From contig JBAYHI010000002.1 in assembly GCA_041666205.1 (NCBI GenBank), positions 64,725 through 128,724 on the forward strand: a DNA stretch of 64,000 nt, in the 5' to 3' direction. This DNA is from Patescibacteria group bacterium. GTDB taxonomy: Bacteria > Patescibacteriota > Patescibacteriia > UBA9934. Numbering within the stretch: position 1 is the first letter of the stretch; each line of letters starts with the position of its first letter. The position numbers were made by a program, and so were the translations under genes. The notes beneath the pieces were generated by a model that ran no database searches, was not told the DNA's origin, and saw only the letters and a list, made by a program, of their open reading frames with translations. Below are positions 30,765 through 40,578 of the stretch, in pieces.

Positions 30765-31214
30765 ATGCGTTCGAAGACCCGCCGTATTCTGGTTGCCGCA
30801 CTTTCCGTCAGCGCCCTTGCCCTTATCGTCATCACGTCGGTCATGGTGCTCTCGAGCACCGATCGCGTATCTACGAGCGAAGAGGAATTCTTCGATGCCG
30901 CGGACGTGTGCACGATCGCAAATACGTGCAGGTTCGCGGTAAGCCCCGGTCTCCCGGTTGTAGTGATCGAGATTCCCGATGTCCGCGATAGCACAGTCAA
31001 ATGGCATCAGGTGCTCGTGGACATGGAATCGTGGTCTCAAGTGGTCAGCAAAGGTCGTCGTCTGGAGTGCACGAGCGAGCAGCCGTGCAAACTGACAACG
31101 ATCCGCACACGCTTCTCAGGTATCTTCATGAAGCGCTACATCGAGATCGCCGGTCACGGCGGAGAAATCATCATTTTCCGCCAGCACTACAATGGACTTC
31201 TCGCTACCCCCTAA
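30765..31214 (+). CDS. hypothetical secreted/membrane-anchored protein on GC-rich insert
   Basis: 149 aa, N-terminal signal/anchor (RRILVAALSVSALALIVITSVMVL). GGAGG SD site; promoter TTGACA-N17-TATCTT at 30704-30731. Confidence 0.45.
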   Translation: MRSKTRRILVAALSVSALALIVITSVMVLSSTDRVSTSEEEFFDAADVCTIANTCRFAVSPGLPVVVIEIPDVRDSTVKWHQVLVDMESWSQVVSKGRRLECTSEQPCKLTTIRTRFSGIFMKRYIEIAGHGGEIIIFRQHYNGLLATP

Positions 31215-31322
31215 CTTCCCCGCCCTGCACGAGAACCCTTCTCGTCAGAGCGGGGTTCTTGTTTTAAACGCAGAAGCGCCGCCGGCTGAGAGGCCGGACG
31301 GCGCGCGACGAGGACGTGCGAA

Positions 31323-31610
31323 CTAGTAGACAATCGAGAGTTCGCCCGTGTCGAGGTGGAAGGTGCCAACATAGTGCACCCAATCGTCTTTCTGGACCGC
31401 GATGCGACCCCGCACACGCAGAATCCGCTTATCGGTCGTCTCACGGGAGCCAGAACACTCGCAGACCTCCACGGCGTAGACGCGAGCCAACGTGCCCTCC
31501 GCACGATCCGTGAGAAGTGGCGAGAACGCGCCCCCGATCCCGTAGCTCTTGAGAGCGTACGTAACTTCTTCCTCGCTGATGATCCGGGCAGAATACAGTA
31601 CCTGCGGCAT
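31323..31610 (-). CDS. hypothetical protein on GC-rich insert
   Basis: 95 aa from MPQVLYS; AGGAGG SD site 6 nt upstream; no motif. Convergent with the previous gene across GC hairpins. Confidence 0.4.
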   Translation of the reverse strand: MPQVLYSARIISEEEVTYALKSYGIGGAFSPLLTDRAEGTLARVYAVEVCECSGSRETTDKRILRVRGRIAVQKDDWVHYVGTFHLDTGELSIVY

Positions 31611-31748
31611 ATGTTCCTCCTGGAAACGCGCAAATCTTAGCAAACCATGACGAATCCGTCACGTCGGAAATAAAAAATTGACCTTCGCGCAATGACACGA
31701 TATTCTGAAGATATGTCCTTTCCCACGTGAGCAAATGCTCATAAGGAG

Positions 31749-32030
31749 GTGTGCGTGAACTCGATGCCGGGTTTGTCTATTGGGCGAGCACGAGAGCTCG
31801 CGCTGCAGACGGGAGCCTCCCCACGTGAGGCCATCGGCCAGAGCGCGACCCTTCTGCGCAAAGACGGCACGACCGTCAAGGGCAAGGTCGTCCGCGTGGA
31901 TGTTCCCGATCCCGATCGGATCATCATCCACGTCATCGACGACAAAGATGTGTATCACCTGGCTGTCTTCCGAACGGATTGGCAGCCGATCGACGAATCT
32001 CTCTTGGAGGTCATCGACCTTGGATCCTGA
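31749..32030 (+). CDS. hypothetical protein on GC-rich insert
   Basis: 88-93 aa (GTG or ATG start after an AGGAGG SD site); divergent from the previous gene; no motif. Confidence 0.4.
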   Translation: MCVNSMPGLSIGRARELALQTGASPREAIGQSATLLRKDGTTVKGKVVRVDVPDPDRIIIHVIDDKDVYHLAVFRTDWQPIDESLLEVIDLGS

Positions 32031-32098
32031 TCCAGCACACCAACCCGTCACCTCGCTCGGGGCGCTTCTCTCCTCGAAGTACCCCACCCCTTTCAAAT

Positions 32099-32139
32099 AA
32101 AAGCACCCCGCCGATTGTGGCGGAGCGCTTTTGTTTTTT
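32099..32139. terminator. bidirectional terminator, copy 1 of a duplicated element
   Basis: AAAAGCACCCCGCCGATTGTGGCGGAGCGCTTTTGTTTTTT; near-identical copy at 36187-36236. Confidence 0.55.
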
Positions 32140-32536
32140 ATTCAAATTGAATCGAAAAATTATACATCCCCATCCCACATGTAGCCTGAAGTGTTGATCC
32201 TGCAGGCTGCGGGGGAATCTCAATTTCTGTATTTCCGGAGGCGGGCAGGTTCGCTGCGTATTCTATACCGGGGATCACAAGCGATGAAGAACAATCATAG
32301 GTCCCTGCTGTCTGGACGCGAAGGATGGTTGGAACCTCGGCTTGTGCAACTGTTGTACGTGGCAGATACCCCCCTTTTGCGGCAATCTCAATCCACTGTA
32401 CGCCATCTATCATCGAAACATTTTCTTCCGGTGCAACCTTCACGACTGCGGTGCGTTGAGATAAAAAAACAAGCCCTCCCAGGAAAACAATACAGGCAAC
32501 TGTTGAAAAAACCATCGTCGTTGTTTTCATATCCAT
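32138..32536 (-). CDS. secreted protein in the copper-resistance operon (possible metal-binding)
   Basis: 132 aa, signal peptide, Cys and Met-rich C-terminal region; last gene of the cop cassette. Confidence 0.4.
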   Translation of the reverse strand: MDMKTTTMVFSTVACIVFLGGLVFLSQRTAVVKVAPEENVSMIDGVQWIEIAAKGGYLPRTTVAQAEVPTILRVQTAGTYDCSSSLVIPGIEYAANLPASGNTEIEIPPQPAGSTLQATCGMGMYNFSIQFE

Positions 32537-32539
32537 CCA

Positions 32540-33565
32540 TCAAAAATTAAAAATAGGCTCTATCCATCCAATCGCCACAAAACTATTTAGAATATTCAAT
32601 AAGCCAAATAAAATCACCACAAGTCCTGCACTCTTATAAAACACGCCTGATCGTTTCCCACTGCCAATACTCAGAGAGCTAAAACTCATGAGCGCGAGCA
32701 CGGGGAATGTGCCAAGCGCAAATACAAGCATCGTGGTAGCTCCGGCAAAAAAATCCCCAGTTGAAAGAGTGAATAGTTGCATGGATTGTGTGAACCCACA
32801 TGGCAGAAAAAATGTGGCGATTCCTGCCAGGAGTGGCGTGAGTGTGTGATTGAGCTTCGTTATTCGCTCCGCGCGTTCCGAAAGAAATTTTGGCATGGCT
32901 GGTTGTAGCTGTTTCACCCATGGAAAGACATCGAGTAAATTCACCCCAAGCACGAGCATCACACACCCGACCAAAATCCCGATGAGCATCGTGCCAACAA
33001 CGTTTAACTGAAATGCCGAGCCCAACACACCAATAAGACCCCCGAGAAGAAAAAACGACCCAAGACGGCCAAGATGAAACAGCAATTGTGGGCGTATCCG
33101 ATCGCCTCCTTTTGCAAATGACGCGGAAAGGGAGAGCACAAGCCCCCCAACCACGGCCATACACGTCGATAAAGACGCGATCATCCCAATCACGAATGCG
33201 GTTGAGAGCGATGCACGGCCCTCTCCAACTAAATGAACCAATCCAAGCTGTTGCATCAAAATATAAAGAAATAGAAATCCAATAACGATAGGAATGGCAA
33301 TCACGAATTCATCCCATTGGATGCGATGGGTATTCCCCACAGAAAGACGATACCCGCGATCTGCAATCAGGGTTGTTAGATCCTTGGCGATCTCTGCATC
33401 AGATGCATGCTCAAATGCTCCCTCGATTTCAACGGTCTGTCGTTTAAGATTTGTTATTGCTTGATGAACCCGAGGATCTGCTCGTAATGCTTGTTGCGTG
33501 AATTGCACACACGAAGCGCAATGGAGCCCCTGAATATGAAACCGATGATGAGTTGTTGATTGCAT
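32540..33565 (-). CDS. heavy-metal-associated domain fused to a TauE/CcdA-like permease
   Basis: N-terminal HMA motif GLHCASC followed by about 8 TM helices; start at MQSTTHHRF. Confidence 0.55.
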   Translation of the reverse strand: MQSTTHHRFHIQGLHCASCVQFTQQALRADPRVHQAITNLKRQTVEIEGAFEHASDAEIAKDLTTLIADRGYRLSVGNTHRIQWDEFVIAIPIVIGFLFLYILMQQLGLVHLVGEGRASLSTAFVIGMIASLSTCMAVVGGLVLSLSASFAKGGDRIRPQLLFHLGRLGSFFLLGGLIGVLGSAFQLNVVGTMLIGILVGCVMLVLGVNLLDVFPWVKQLQPAMPKFLSERAERITKLNHTLTPLLAGIATFFLPCGFTQSMQLFTLSTGDFFAGATTMLVFALGTFPVLALMSFSSLSIGSGKRSGVFYKSAGLVVILFGLLNILNSFVAIGWIEPIFNF

Positions 33566-33566
33566 A

Positions 33567-35843
33567 TTAAAGTTTTTTTGTCTGTAAACGCAGAGAATTT
33601 GCAACAACCGAAACGCTCGAGAATGCCATGGCTATGCCGGCAAATACCGGGCTTAGCAGCCAACCAAATAAGGGGAAAAAGAGACCGCCAGCAAGCGGGA
33701 TGCCCACGAGATTATAGAAGAAGGCCCAAAATAAATTTTGTTTTATTCCGCGCATGGTGAGATTTGACAAATGAATCGCTTTCACAAGCTTTGAAATGTC
33801 TCCCTGCAACAACGTGATCCCGGCCGATTCCATGGCAATATCTGTTCCGGTGCCCATTGCAATCCCAACATCTGCTTGCGCAAGAGCCGGGGCGTCATTC
33901 ATTCCATCCCCGACCATCGCAACGATCTCGCCATCTTTTTGTAGTGCAGAAATCTTTGCAAGCTTATCGCCTGGCAGAGCATGTGCAATCACCTCTTCAA
34001 CCCCAACCTGATTGGCAATAAACCGCGCCGTACGTTCGTCGTCCCCGGTGAGCATCACTGTGCGAATCCCAAGACGATGCAGTGTCGTAATGGCACCTTT
34101 TGCTTCGGGTCGTACCGCATCTGCAACCATCACATACCCGAGCATCTGCGTTGTGGTGGCCAAAAAAACCGGTGTCCGCCCCTTTGCTGTTTCCTCCTCA
34201 ATTTGTTCTATCGGAATCTCCAACCCATATTCCTGCATGAGCATTGCATTGCCAACAAGATAATCTACGCCACCAATCACACCCAGAATCCCCTTACCTT
34301 TCACCACCTCGAATTTTTCTGGAGGCACAACATTCCATACGCGTTGCTTTACATACGCAACGATTGCCGAGGCGATGGGGTGTTCAGATCGTGACTCCAA
34401 ACTCGCAAGCAAGGTCATAAATTGTTCCTCTTGCATGACAGACGCAGGATGTACTAAAACAACTTCTGGCATGCCCTTTGTCACCGTACCGGTTTTATCA
34501 AGCACAATCGTGGTCACCTGATGTAGTGTTTGGAGCGTAGCTGCATCTTTTATAAGAATCCCCTCCCGCGCACCTTTGCCAACACCCACAATAATCGCCG
34601 TTGGGGTTGCGAGTCCCAAGGCACACGGGCAAGCAATAATGAGGATACCAACAAATGAGGTGAGCCCAAATGAAAGGGCATGCCCAAAGCCCAATGAGGC
34701 AATGCCGATTGTAAGCCACAATCCAAGCGAGACAAACGCAAGCCCTAATACAATCGGAACAAATACGCGAGAGATTTTGTCTGCCAATGCTTGAATGGGT
34801 GCTTTGCTGGATTGCGCGGTTTCTACCATCTTAATAATCTGGAAAAGAAGCGTTTCGCTCCCAATATGCGTGGCTGTGAATGTTACGGTTCCGGTTGTAT
34901 TGAGTGTTCCCGCAACAACGCGATCGCCAGCCTGTTTTTCCACTGGAATCGGTTCCCCGGTAATCATGGATTCATCCACAAACGTGGATCCATCCGCGAT
35001 CACTCCGTCAACTGCAATCCGTGACGCGGGCTTCACAATCAGCAAATCCCCAACGCGAATATCCTCAATCGGAACCTCGACTTCGATTCCTTGACGCAAA
35101 ACAAGCGCCTGCTTTGCCTGCAAATTCAATAATTTTTCAATTGCCGCGCCTGTCTTCACTTTTGAACGCGATTCTAAATATTTCCCAAGCGTAATGAATG
35201 CAATCACCACAATCACCACATCAAAATAGGTCTGTGAGACATCGATATAAGCCCCTAGTGCGCCGGGAAATACCATGACCACGACGCTATAAAGAAACGC
35301 TGCAAGCGTTCCCATACCGATGAGCGTATCCATATCTGCCTTCCCATATCGCAAAAACCGATAGATGCCCTTCAGATACGGAATCCCCACAAAAAATAAC
35401 GCAATGAGGGCTGAAAAAAATAGAGCCCCGAGCAATCCTTGATTCACAAATTCTGGAACGATCTGCACCGACCATATGCGCTCGATGGCGTCCAGGATCA
35501 TCATGCCACCACTGAAAATTGCCAGCGGAATCATCAGATAAACCTTACCCCGAAGCACACGAATCTCCTTGAGTTTGCGTTCCTTTGATTCACCAACCCC
35601 TGTATGCAAGGCGTGGTCCATCCCCGACGACATAGGGTGCAATGTGTACCCGAGTGGGTTAAGCGCCCGGTTAAACAGTTCAACATTTGTGGATACATCA
35701 GCGGATACAACCTCAACGGTTTCTGTTCCGAAATTTGTTTGTGCAGACACCACTCCATGGATTTTTTTTAGTGCATCCTCAATCGTAGCCCCACACGAGG
35801 CGCAATGCATGCCACTTACATGAAATGAGGCCCGTATTTGCAT
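33567..35843 (-). CDS. copA: copper-translocating P1B-type ATPase
   Basis: N-terminal HMA (GMHCASCG), TM CPC motif, DKTGT phosphorylation site, GDGMNDAPAL hinge, 758 aa. Confidence 0.9.
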   Translation of the reverse strand: MQIRASFHVSGMHCASCGATIEDALKKIHGVVSAQTNFGTETVEVVSADVSTNVELFNRALNPLGYTLHPMSSGMDHALHTGVGESKERKLKEIRVLRGKVYLMIPLAIFSGGMMILDAIERIWSVQIVPEFVNQGLLGALFFSALIALFFVGIPYLKGIYRFLRYGKADMDTLIGMGTLAAFLYSVVVMVFPGALGAYIDVSQTYFDVVIVVIAFITLGKYLESRSKVKTGAAIEKLLNLQAKQALVLRQGIEVEVPIEDIRVGDLLIVKPASRIAVDGVIADGSTFVDESMITGEPIPVEKQAGDRVVAGTLNTTGTVTFTATHIGSETLLFQIIKMVETAQSSKAPIQALADKISRVFVPIVLGLAFVSLGLWLTIGIASLGFGHALSFGLTSFVGILIIACPCALGLATPTAIIVGVGKGAREGILIKDAATLQTLHQVTTIVLDKTGTVTKGMPEVVLVHPASVMQEEQFMTLLASLESRSEHPIASAIVAYVKQRVWNVVPPEKFEVVKGKGILGVIGGVDYLVGNAMLMQEYGLEIPIEQIEEETAKGRTPVFLATTTQMLGYVMVADAVRPEAKGAITTLHRLGIRTVMLTGDDERTARFIANQVGVEEVIAHALPGDKLAKISALQKDGEIVAMVGDGMNDAPALAQADVGIAMGTGTDIAMESAGITLLQGDISKLVKAIHLSNLTMRGIKQNLFWAFFYNLVGIPLAGGLFFPLFGWLLSPVFAGIAMAFSSVSVVANSLRLQTKKL

Positions 35844-35844
35844 A

Positions 35845-36111
35845 TTAATTTGAAAGATTATAAATCTTCAAAAGCTCATCCACGGCTTTCTGTTTATTTT
35901 CTTTTAATTGATGTGCCACACATGTATTTAGGTGACCAGCAAGCAATTCACGCTTTGCACACTTCAAAAGTCCAATCACGCTATCGACCTGTTGAATGAC
36001 CTCCGGACAATATTGATCATTTTCAATCATCGCGCTGATTTTTTGCATGGTCCCCTGCGCCTGCTTTACGGAAAGATGGGCTTTTTGCTTATTTGGAGTG
36101 ATCGGCATCAT
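35845..36111 (-). CDS. csoR: CsoR/RcnR-family metal-sensing repressor
   Basis: 88-aa all-helical protein with a Cys...His...Cys pattern (CPEV...H...C) typical of DUF156/CsoR, placed upstream of copA. Confidence 0.65.
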   Translation of the reverse strand: MMPITPNKQKAHLSVKQAQGTMQKISAMIENDQYCPEVIQQVDSVIGLLKCAKRELLAGHLNTCVAHQLKENKQKAVDELLKIYNLSN

Positions 36112-36186
36112 AAAAAAGAGATAGTATAACCTACCCCCTAGGGTATAGGGTGAACCTCAATCTTGCAAGCCCCGTTGTGGATATAA

Positions 36187-36236
36187 AAAAGCACCCTGCC
36201 GATTGTGGCGGGGCGCTTTTGTTTTTACTTGAAAAA
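36187..36236. terminator. bidirectional terminator, copy 2 (overlaps uppP stop)
   Basis: AAAAGCACCCTGCCGATTGTGGCGGGGCGCTTTTGTTTTT, 2 mismatches versus the copy at 32099. Confidence 0.55.
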
Positions 36237-37028
36237 TGTCAGCACGAGAATCAGACCTCCGAGCGCAATGCGATACCAGGCAAACCACTTGAAACTATAC
36301 TTCTCGATAAATTTAAAAAGGAATCGAATTGCAACCATTCCCGATGCTGCTGCGGCAATAAACCCAACAATGAGGAGTGGCCACGGAGTCATGAATCCAT
36401 TTTGAATCACGTCGACCGTTGCAAATGTACTTGCGGCAAGAATTGCTGGAATCGAAAGAAGGAATGAAAACTTTGCCACAGTATTGCGCCCGAGCCCCAT
36501 AAATAATCCCGCGGTCATGGTAATCCCCGATCGCGACGTGCCCGGCAATAGCGAAAGCGCTTGCGCAAATCCCATCACCATCGCCTGTTTCCACGTGGTG
36601 TGCTCCAAGCCATGTGTGAGTGTTCCCATGCGTGCATGGAACCAATCTGCGATCCACAAAACAATCCCCCAAAAAATCAAATTCGCCGCTACAATATCGA
36701 GCGTACGAATCGCATCCAAATAGGAGTCTGAAATCACAAGGCCCAAAATCATCACCGGAATGGTGGCGCCAAATAATTTCATCGCAAGCTTTGTTTCATC
36801 GGTCATCTTGCGTTTCATGAGTCCAACGGCAATCCCCCGAATTTCCGGCCACAACGAATAGACCACTGCGGTGAGCGTTGCTAAATGCACCATGACGTCA
36901 AAATCATACCCTTGCTCTTTCCACCCAAAAAACTCCGGAAAAATAATGAGATGCCCAGAACTAGAAATTGGCAAGAATTCTGTAATTCCTTGTACGAGCC
37001 CTAACACAACGGCTTGAAAAACATTCAT
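36225..37028 (-). CDS. uppP: undecaprenyl-diphosphate phosphatase
   Basis: BacA signatures EFLPISSSGH and PGTSRSG, 267 aa. Confidence 0.85.
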   Translation of the reverse strand: MNVFQAVVLGLVQGITEFLPISSSGHLIIFPEFFGWKEQGYDFDVMVHLATLTAVVYSLWPEIRGIAVGLMKRKMTDETKLAMKLFGATIPVMILGLVISDSYLDAIRTLDIVAANLIFWGIVLWIADWFHARMGTLTHGLEHTTWKQAMVMGFAQALSLLPGTSRSGITMTAGLFMGLGRNTVAKFSFLLSIPAILAASTFATVDVIQNGFMTPWPLLIVGFIAAAASGMVAIRFLFKFIEKYSFKWFAWYRIALGGLILVLTFFK

Positions 37029-37031
37029 ACA

Positions 37032-38921
37032 TTACGAGTTGAATTGCACAATTTCCCCTGGCTTTGGAGATCCTGCTGCGTGATCACTCCCCGGCGTTTG
37101 AGACGTGGGCGCGCTACTTGTTGGCGTCTTCTTTTTATGACGACGTCGACGCTTACTGCGCTCGGGCGCTTGCGGAGGCACAGTTCCCATTGGCGCTTTT
37201 ATCGGCACCGAAATAGGTACTGCAGGTGCAACCTCCCGCGCCATCTGCGCAGGCTTTTCCATCGCCGGTCGCGCAACAGGAGCGGGTTTTGCACGCTCCG
37301 TTAATTCCGAAAGTGAGGCGCTGCTTGATTCTTCTTTTGTAATAAGTTCCCCATCCATGATTTTTGGAACTTCTGTGATCACCTTCTTTTCTGGTCGAAA
37401 CGGAGCCGGAGATTTCTTTCCTTTTTCACGCTCCTCTTTAATAAGCGGCATGCACTCTTCACAATAAATCGGGCGCGAACGATCGAGCTCTACTGGAATC
37501 GCAAAGGTTTTTCCGCAACGCGTGCAGGTATATTCCTGGCTATATTTTGCTTTCTTCGCCGCTTCTTTTTTATCTTTCACCTCTTTATATTTTTCGTCCA
37601 AATCCACGCCCTCACCAAATCCACTCCAGGTCGCCACATGTTCTTCAATGGACGCGCGATTTCCCGCGTAGCGTTCACGAGATTGCGCCACGACCCGTTC
37701 TTGACTTCCTGTTTTTTGCGCAATCGGTGGAAGGGTGAGCGCGGAAAATGGCGCAGAGGTGACGCCGTCAATCATGAGCTTCAAATAAATTTGGAATTTC
37801 GGCAAATTGATTAAATCCTCCGGCAAAAACCGCGGGGTAAATTCATCCTCCATAAATGTGGCGTCTGGCGAACCAACGCGGAATGTAATGATCGTACCCA
37901 CGTTTCCAAATACGGCATCGCGCACCGACGTATTCCCGCCGTAATCGAGTTGAGAAATATACTGGTGCGCCATGATGAGGTTCAGGCGATATTTACGTGC
38001 TTCAGAAAGAATTGACGCAAAGGATTCAACCGCAAAGTTTTGAAATTCATCAACGTAGAGATAAAAATCTTGACGCTCACTTTCAGGCATATCCACACGC
38101 TCCATGGCAGCCATGGAAAGCTTGGTAACAATCATCCCTCCGAGCAAACGCATGGCATCTTCTCCAATACGTCCTTTTGCCAAATTCACAATAAGAATTT
38201 TCTGATCATCCATGATGCTGCGCAAATCGAGCGTGGATTTTGCTTGCGCCACAATATTTCGCATGACCGAGGAAGAAAGGAATTGTCCAACTTTATTTTG
38301 AATAGGCGCCACGGCCTCGGACGCAAACTTGCTTTCGTATGATGCAAATTCCGTCACCCAGAATTGTTTGACGATCGGATCTTTCACGTTTGCAATAATT
38401 TCTTTTCGATACGCGGCGTCCGATAGCATGCGGTTAATCCCCAAGAGTGTGGTATTGGGCGTATCCATGAGCGCCAAAATCGTATTATTGAGAATATATT
38501 CCATGCGTGCGCTCCACACATTTTCCCAGATTTTCTTGAATACACTCATCATGCCCGCAGCCACCAAATGCTTCTGATCGGGTCGAACTGCTTCCAAAAT
38601 ATTGAATCCAATTGGATACTCAAAATCCGCCGGGTTAAAATACACCACGTCGTTTATGCGCCACGACGGAATATAGTCGAGGAGTTTCTCTGCGGTATCG
38701 CCGTGCGGGTCAATATAGCAGGCGCCGTGGCCAGCATAGATGTCAGAGAGAATCATGTTCTCAAGGAGTGTAGTTTTCCCCATGCCGGTTTTTCCAATCA
38801 CATAGACGTGCCGGCGACGATCATCGGTTTTAATGCCAAATTTATGCATCTGATTGCGAAAATTCGTTTTCGCAAAATAGATGATGTCTTTTTCGTGATC
38901 GTGGGGATAGCGCATTGGCAT
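37032..38921 (-). CDS. TraD/TrwB-type coupling-protein-like ATPase (629 aa) with C-terminal zinc ribbon and low-complexity tail
   Basis: Walker A HVYVIGKTGMGKT, CYIDPHGD, Walker B LYVDEFQNF, AHQYISQL. CxxC...CxxC near the C-terminus. Paralog of the ATPase half of 18407..20932. Confidence 0.6.
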   Translation of the reverse strand: MPMRYPHDHEKDIIYFAKTNFRNQMHKFGIKTDDRRRHVYVIGKTGMGKTTLLENMILSDIYAGHGACYIDPHGDTAEKLLDYIPSWRINDVVYFNPADFEYPIGFNILEAVRPDQKHLVAAGMMSVFKKIWENVWSARMEYILNNTILALMDTPNTTLLGINRMLSDAAYRKEIIANVKDPIVKQFWVTEFASYESKFASEAVAPIQNKVGQFLSSSVMRNIVAQAKSTLDLRSIMDDQKILIVNLAKGRIGEDAMRLLGGMIVTKLSMAAMERVDMPESERQDFYLYVDEFQNFAVESFASILSEARKYRLNLIMAHQYISQLDYGGNTSVRDAVFGNVGTIITFRVGSPDATFMEDEFTPRFLPEDLINLPKFQIYLKLMIDGVTSAPFSALTLPPIAQKTGSQERVVAQSRERYAGNRASIEEHVATWSGFGEGVDLDEKYKEVKDKKEAAKKAKYSQEYTCTRCGKTFAIPVELDRSRPIYCEECMPLIKEEREKGKKSPAPFRPEKKVITEVPKIMDGELITKEESSSASLSELTERAKPAPVARPAMEKPAQMAREVAPAVPISVPIKAPMGTVPPQAPERSKRRRRHKKKTPTSSAPTSQTPGSDHAAGSPKPGEIVQFNS

Positions 38922-38924
38922 AGA

Positions 38925-40517
38925 CTAAATCGGGAGATTTGTAGGCACATCGTTTTTGCCATCGATTGTTTCGGGCGATGCATCAAAGCCCGGTGGAAGT
39001 GGCGCCGGCATTCCGGCACGGGGCCGGTACAAATCGTCTGGCGTTGACGCAACCGGCATGACGCGGTCATAGGAGCGATCATCGCCTTGAAGCGAACGCG
39101 TTGGCGCGGAAAGTTTTGGCACCACGAGTGGCCCTGTATCTTTTGGTAAACTCTTTTTTGTGACGAGCCCATCGGTTGTAGAGCGATCCAAATTCGGCAA
39201 ATCAGGTTCATTGGCCCCGGCCCAATTGAGCTCAGACGGCGCTTCTGAACGGCGCGAAGAAAGTCGCGCAAGCACGGGCGTGCGCGCATCGCCCGCTGGA
39301 AAATGAAATAGCGTTGCGAGCTCGGCCGAGTTCATATAAAACACGCTCGAGGACGCAAACGGATGACGCTTCTTGTAGCGCTTCACCAAATTGCGTTGTT
39401 TTCCAGGAAGTTGCCACTCCATCCAGAAATAATCGTCTTTTGGCGTAGAGGCCTCGTGAATTCCAATCGAGTTTAGCGTGAGATCTCCAAATTGGTGGAA
39501 ATAGCCCTTCATCATGGAGGCAATCGTTCCCTTGCGGAATAATTCTTTTTTTGCAAAGTACACGAATCGGATTTTCGTTTGCCAACCGAGTTTCGTAATT
39601 TTCAAACGCACGGCTTCCATTTGATCACGCTCTTCTGGCGTGATTTTGAACATCTTAAAATCATCGGCTTTCTTTTCCGGCGATGCACCCCCAAGCGTCA
39701 ACCCGGTGAGTTGACTCACAAATTCCCCGGGAATCCACCCGATTCCGCTCGAGAAAAACCCAGACTTTGGAGCATCAACATCGCGACCGTATAATTTTTC
39801 AATGAATTTCTTCCCTTCCTTGGCCCAATCCTGCTCATCGGGTTGTTTGATAATGAGCTGAATCATGAGATTTTCCCCAGGGCGCATTTTTCCCATCATT
39901 TCCAAAAGCGGAAGAATCGTATCTTTGTACCGATTATCTTTTTCCCCCATGTGCTCGAATTGCTCATACGTGCGAATCGGCAAAAAATTCTTTTTCTTAA
40001 GAATCATTTCCGTTCCCCAGCAATCCCATTCTTCATTTGGCCATTCATCGGGAATAATGCCGATATAATCTTCCACCTCGGTCATCTGAGCCTCGGGATA
40101 TTGCGCATAGAGCGCCGCTTCCAAGAGGTCGCGATATTTTGATTGCACCCGCATATAATATTGCAGGTTGCCACCAATTGACACAATCTCCAATGAGAAA
40201 AACGCTTGAAATTTTCCGAGCAGCCATTCCTCACGCCACGTAATAGCAGATTTACTTCCTGCAATATTATTGAAAAAATTCTCCATGCCTTTTGGCGTTT
40301 GTACGGCATCGAGTGGAACCGTAACCGCAAGCAAGTGCCATTTCAAATTATCCCAATATTCGCCTTGCTTATAATCTTGCCAGACTTCCACAAGACCCCA
40401 CACAATAACGCCAAAAATTGGCACCCATCCAACCATAAACAATGCATGAGCTGCCATGATTTCGAGTGGCGTTGTCGCAAAATAGTGCGAAACAATTGCG
40501 GACAATTCAGAAATCAT
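38925..40517 (-). CDS. membrane-anchored protein homologous to the N-domain of the 841-aa fusion
   Basis: N-terminal TM helix. Blocks conserved with 18407..20932 (LAVTVPLD/LMVTVPKF, AQYPEA/AQYPDA, FLPIRTYE/VLPIKTYK, ELATLFHFP/EMASLWHLP). Ends 3 nt before the ATPase gene. Confidence 0.5.
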   Translation of the reverse strand: MISELSAIVSHYFATTPLEIMAAHALFMVGWVPIFGVIVWGLVEVWQDYKQGEYWDNLKWHLLAVTVPLDAVQTPKGMENFFNNIAGSKSAITWREEWLLGKFQAFFSLEIVSIGGNLQYYMRVQSKYRDLLEAALYAQYPEAQMTEVEDYIGIIPDEWPNEEWDCWGTEMILKKKNFLPIRTYEQFEHMGEKDNRYKDTILPLLEMMGKMRPGENLMIQLIIKQPDEQDWAKEGKKFIEKLYGRDVDAPKSGFFSSGIGWIPGEFVSQLTGLTLGGASPEKKADDFKMFKITPEERDQMEAVRLKITKLGWQTKIRFVYFAKKELFRKGTIASMMKGYFHQFGDLTLNSIGIHEASTPKDDYFWMEWQLPGKQRNLVKRYKKRHPFASSSVFYMNSAELATLFHFPAGDARTPVLARLSSRRSEAPSELNWAGANEPDLPNLDRSTTDGLVTKKSLPKDTGPLVVPKLSAPTRSLQGDDRSYDRVMPVASTPDDLYRPRAGMPAPLPPGFDASPETIDGKNDVPTNLPI

Positions 40518-40578
40518 ACGTTGTTGGTATTATAGCACAAGAAAACAAAAGCGCTGAGAATTTCTTCTCAGCGTCTTC

